A stretch of DNA of 64,000 nucleotides, taken from NCBI GenBank assembly GCA_001179505.1, contig CDMY01000840.1, positions 187,191-251,190 on the forward strand. Direction: 5' to 3'. Both the position numbers and the translations under genes were made by a program. Source of the DNA: Vitrella brassicaformis CCMP3155. Lineage: Eukaryota; Protista; Chromerida. Shown piece after piece: positions 61,549-64,000 of the stretch; positions within the stretch are counted from its first letter, which is position 1; every line of letters begins with the position of its first letter. The notes under the pieces are model-generated. The model saw only the letters and a program-made list of their open reading frames with translations. It had not been told where the DNA came from and ran no database searches.

Positions 61549-61899
61549 GTACACACACATCTCACGCACTGCACCCAGCCGCACTCACCCAGGCCCCTGA
61601 CCGACACCACCCTCCACCATCCACCCCTTCACCAACCGACCTCCCGCCCCCGACAAGCACCAACACCACCACCACCACCACCACCAACCGATTGTTTCGG
61701 TCAACGAGAGCACCGCCGACGCACATAAGAAGTAGACAGACGGGGAGTAGACAGCGACACACCACACCCACCCACACGAACGAAAAGGGAGTGTCCGCAC
61801 CCTACGGAGGGACGAAAAGAATACCACAAAGGAAAAGGCAACGTGTAGGGCTGCTGACTCAAAAGCAATGCAATACAATACAATACAAAAACAAAAAAC

Positions 61900-64000
61900 A
61901 GCCATCCTCCCCCGTCTGTCTACATATGGGGGCGCGGGGGCCTCTTCTCGTGGTGGCGGTGGGTGGTGGGTGGGGTGCTTCTCGTCGGCGGAGAGGGTCC
62001 CATGCGAAGCCGTCATTCAGCCGCACTGTGATTCGTCCTCCCGTTGCTCGACGGATGACGAACCCTCCTGAGCCGTCCAGGTCGTACATATCGATGTTAT
62101 TCGCTCGCACACTTGCCGCACGCCACAGTGACTGACGCTCTCTGCCTGCCAGCTGCGGAGCGACTGGATGCTGCGCCGGGCAGGCTGCCCTAGGTGTCTT
62201 GCAGGTGGCACCTGTCGGTGGAGTAGAGGGAGGGCCACGGCCGCCTTGAGTCAAGGCAGATGGTTGGTGAGTCTGTGAGGGGGGCGGCACAGCAGACAGA
62301 CAGACAGACGGGCAGGAGAAGCCGGGAACACCGGGCAGCGGCGATAAATCTAGACAGAAAGAAGCGACCAAGGACAGACAAAGCGTGATATGTGCACGAG
62401 TAGCTCTCCGGTTGTCCTCTGTTCTCACCTCCCAGAAGGCGATCTTGAATCCACACGTCGCAGCGCCCCCCACAGCATCGCATCCTCCTGCCAGCTGCCG
62501 CATCGCCCGCTCGAAGAGCGTGTCCAGCATGATCCCATTCAGCGTCACTGCTCGTCAGTCACTCAGGTCCTCCCCCTACACATACACGTGGCACATCACT
62601 GGATGAGTGGGAGTGGTGAGTGGGCAGACGGGGGCGTGTGGGTACCTTACCTTGGTGGTTTTGATGGCGGTCTTCGCCACGGGAGGGTGCCGACGCCTGT
62701 CTCTGAGCCATCATGCGCATGAAGGCGGCCTCCACCGCCTTGAATTGGCTGCCTCGGGGTTCACACGACTCTCAGAGGGTGGGTCACACGCGACCTGAAC
62801 GCATTCATAAACACATCGCACACACAGACAGACAGATGCACCCGTCCGTTCATCCAAGATGCAGGTAGGTTTGTCTTTCTGTCTGTCTGTGCGTGCTGTG
62901 GTTCACTTACTAGGGATGGAGTGGTGGCCAAGAAGGGCTGCCGTCCAGCCGAACCCTGAAGGCACGCACTCCCGGAGGAATGACTTGCCGATGAAGGCAC
63001 GCAATCCCGGAGGAATGACTTGCCCGAGCCAGCCAGACAGACAGCCAATCGCCTCTGCCAAGGCATACACACACACGAGACACACACGTGAGCCATTGCC
63101 TGGTGCCTCCAGTCTCCCTCACGTACCCTCTGAAGGTCGCCTGTATCAACCGTCGCGGACCCCGTTCTTTGATGAGCATGGCCCCTGCTGCCTCTCTCCC
63201 TCTCCCGCTGCTTAACGGTAGAGAGGAAGCTGATGGGCAGATCCTGAATGGTCGAGGTGTGGCTGAACGTCACACTCCCATCACGGGCCTGCACACCACA
63301 CACACCATAGACACACCCACACTACTGTATTCCTGGCCTCCTCTGTGTGTGAGGGAGTGTGCTGACCATGGCGGCTCTGTAGTTTGGTGCAAGTATCTCC
63401 AGCAGATACCTCCGCCGCACACTGTCGTCCTCCCCCTTGGCCAGCATTGCGTCCCGGTAGCTCTGCAGCAGGTCAGCCGAGGGTGCGACAGGCAGCTGGG
63501 ACAGCAGCTGGAAACTCTCGTGCAGCGGCGGGCACAGGTACACATTCGCCGCAGAGCTATCGACCTTCGCCTTGTCAGCCTGGGTGCGGAAATGCCTGCA
63601 CCACACGTACACACATGGATGGATTGATGGCACACAGGGGTGGTCTGCGTGTGCACACGTACCTGACAAGGGCCCTGAAGCACTCCCCCACCGTGGCCAC
63701 CACGTCATTGAGGAAGCAGCAGGTGCCCTCCTCCAGGTGTAGATACTCCCACAGCCGCGACCGCAGCACCATGTCCTTACCCCCTCGAACCACTGATGAC
63801 GAGCTCCCCGCCGCCCCAGCAGCCACAAACCCCTCATTGCCGCTGACATTGGTGAGGTTGGATGGGTCGGTGGTGGGCGGCCTCACCATGACGTGCGCCA
63901 CCGTCTGGACCAGCTCCTTGTAGAAGTGCACGATGGACACGGGCGAGGGGGAGAACTGTATGCTGGCCGTCCGCAGGAACACCCGCAGCCCCGTGAAGCT
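61900..64000 (-). CDS. Partial multi-exon gene of unknown function (5' end outside the window), possibly degenerate
   Basis: Exon-like blocks with GT/AG ends: VSIVHFYKELVQTVAHVM...LWEYLHLEEGTCCFLNDVVATVGECFRALV|HFRTQADK...LAPNYRAAM, RGSQFKAVEAAFMRMMAQ and VTLNGIMLDTLFERAMRQLAGG...FKIAFWE. Joining of the 3' exons is uncertain. Confidence 0.5.
62958..63024. repeat. 35-bp tandem duplication
   Basis: GAAGGCACGCA(C/A)TCCCGGAGGAATGACTTGCC at 62958 and 62993. Confidence 0.9.

Noticed and set aside
1-64000. Introner-like mobile introns or intact transposons
   Set aside because: Introns share only simple repeats, not unique sequence. I saw no transposase, reverse transcriptase or integrase motifs and no LTR/TIR pairs.

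Overview
Intron-rich eukaryotic genomic DNA. Short GT-AG introns are packed with (GT)n, (GATG)n, (GACA)n and (GCAG)n microsatellites, and there are two 300-N assembly gaps. Three genes carry signal peptide + Phe bipartite plastid presequences (MetAP1, SecA, sHSP), which points to a photosynthetic alveolate; the style fits the chromerid Vitrella brassicaformis (inference). I assembled about 21 apparently intact protein genes by hand from ORF fragments and splice sites: DOT1-like methyltransferase (partial), NHL-propeller membrane protein, Wee1-like kinase, pseudokinase, kinesin-8, plastid MetAP1, SURNod19/copper-monooxygenase-like protein, ZNHIT1/Swc6, RBM34/Nop12, IPK1, plastid SecA, mitochondrial carrier, PAS protein, CCCH zinc-finger protein, plastid sHSP, EMC8/9, NmrA-like protein, degenerate FKBP, an unknown protein, a Chk2-like FHA kinase and a CBM20 protein. 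A decayed gene (55.6-58.4 kb) and a partial unknown gene lie at the right end. Most genes form tight head-to-head pairs. Best leads: a recurrent GCGAGCTNAG motif in these bidirectional promoters, a kinase/pseudokinase divergent pair, a secreted SURNod19 protein with all six PHM/DBH-type copper ligands, a divergent nuclear SecA, a Cys-less LOV-like PAS protein, and a 15-bp hairpin built of two heat-shock-element cores behind the sHSP gene. Exon boundaries are manual and approximate; no database searches were run.
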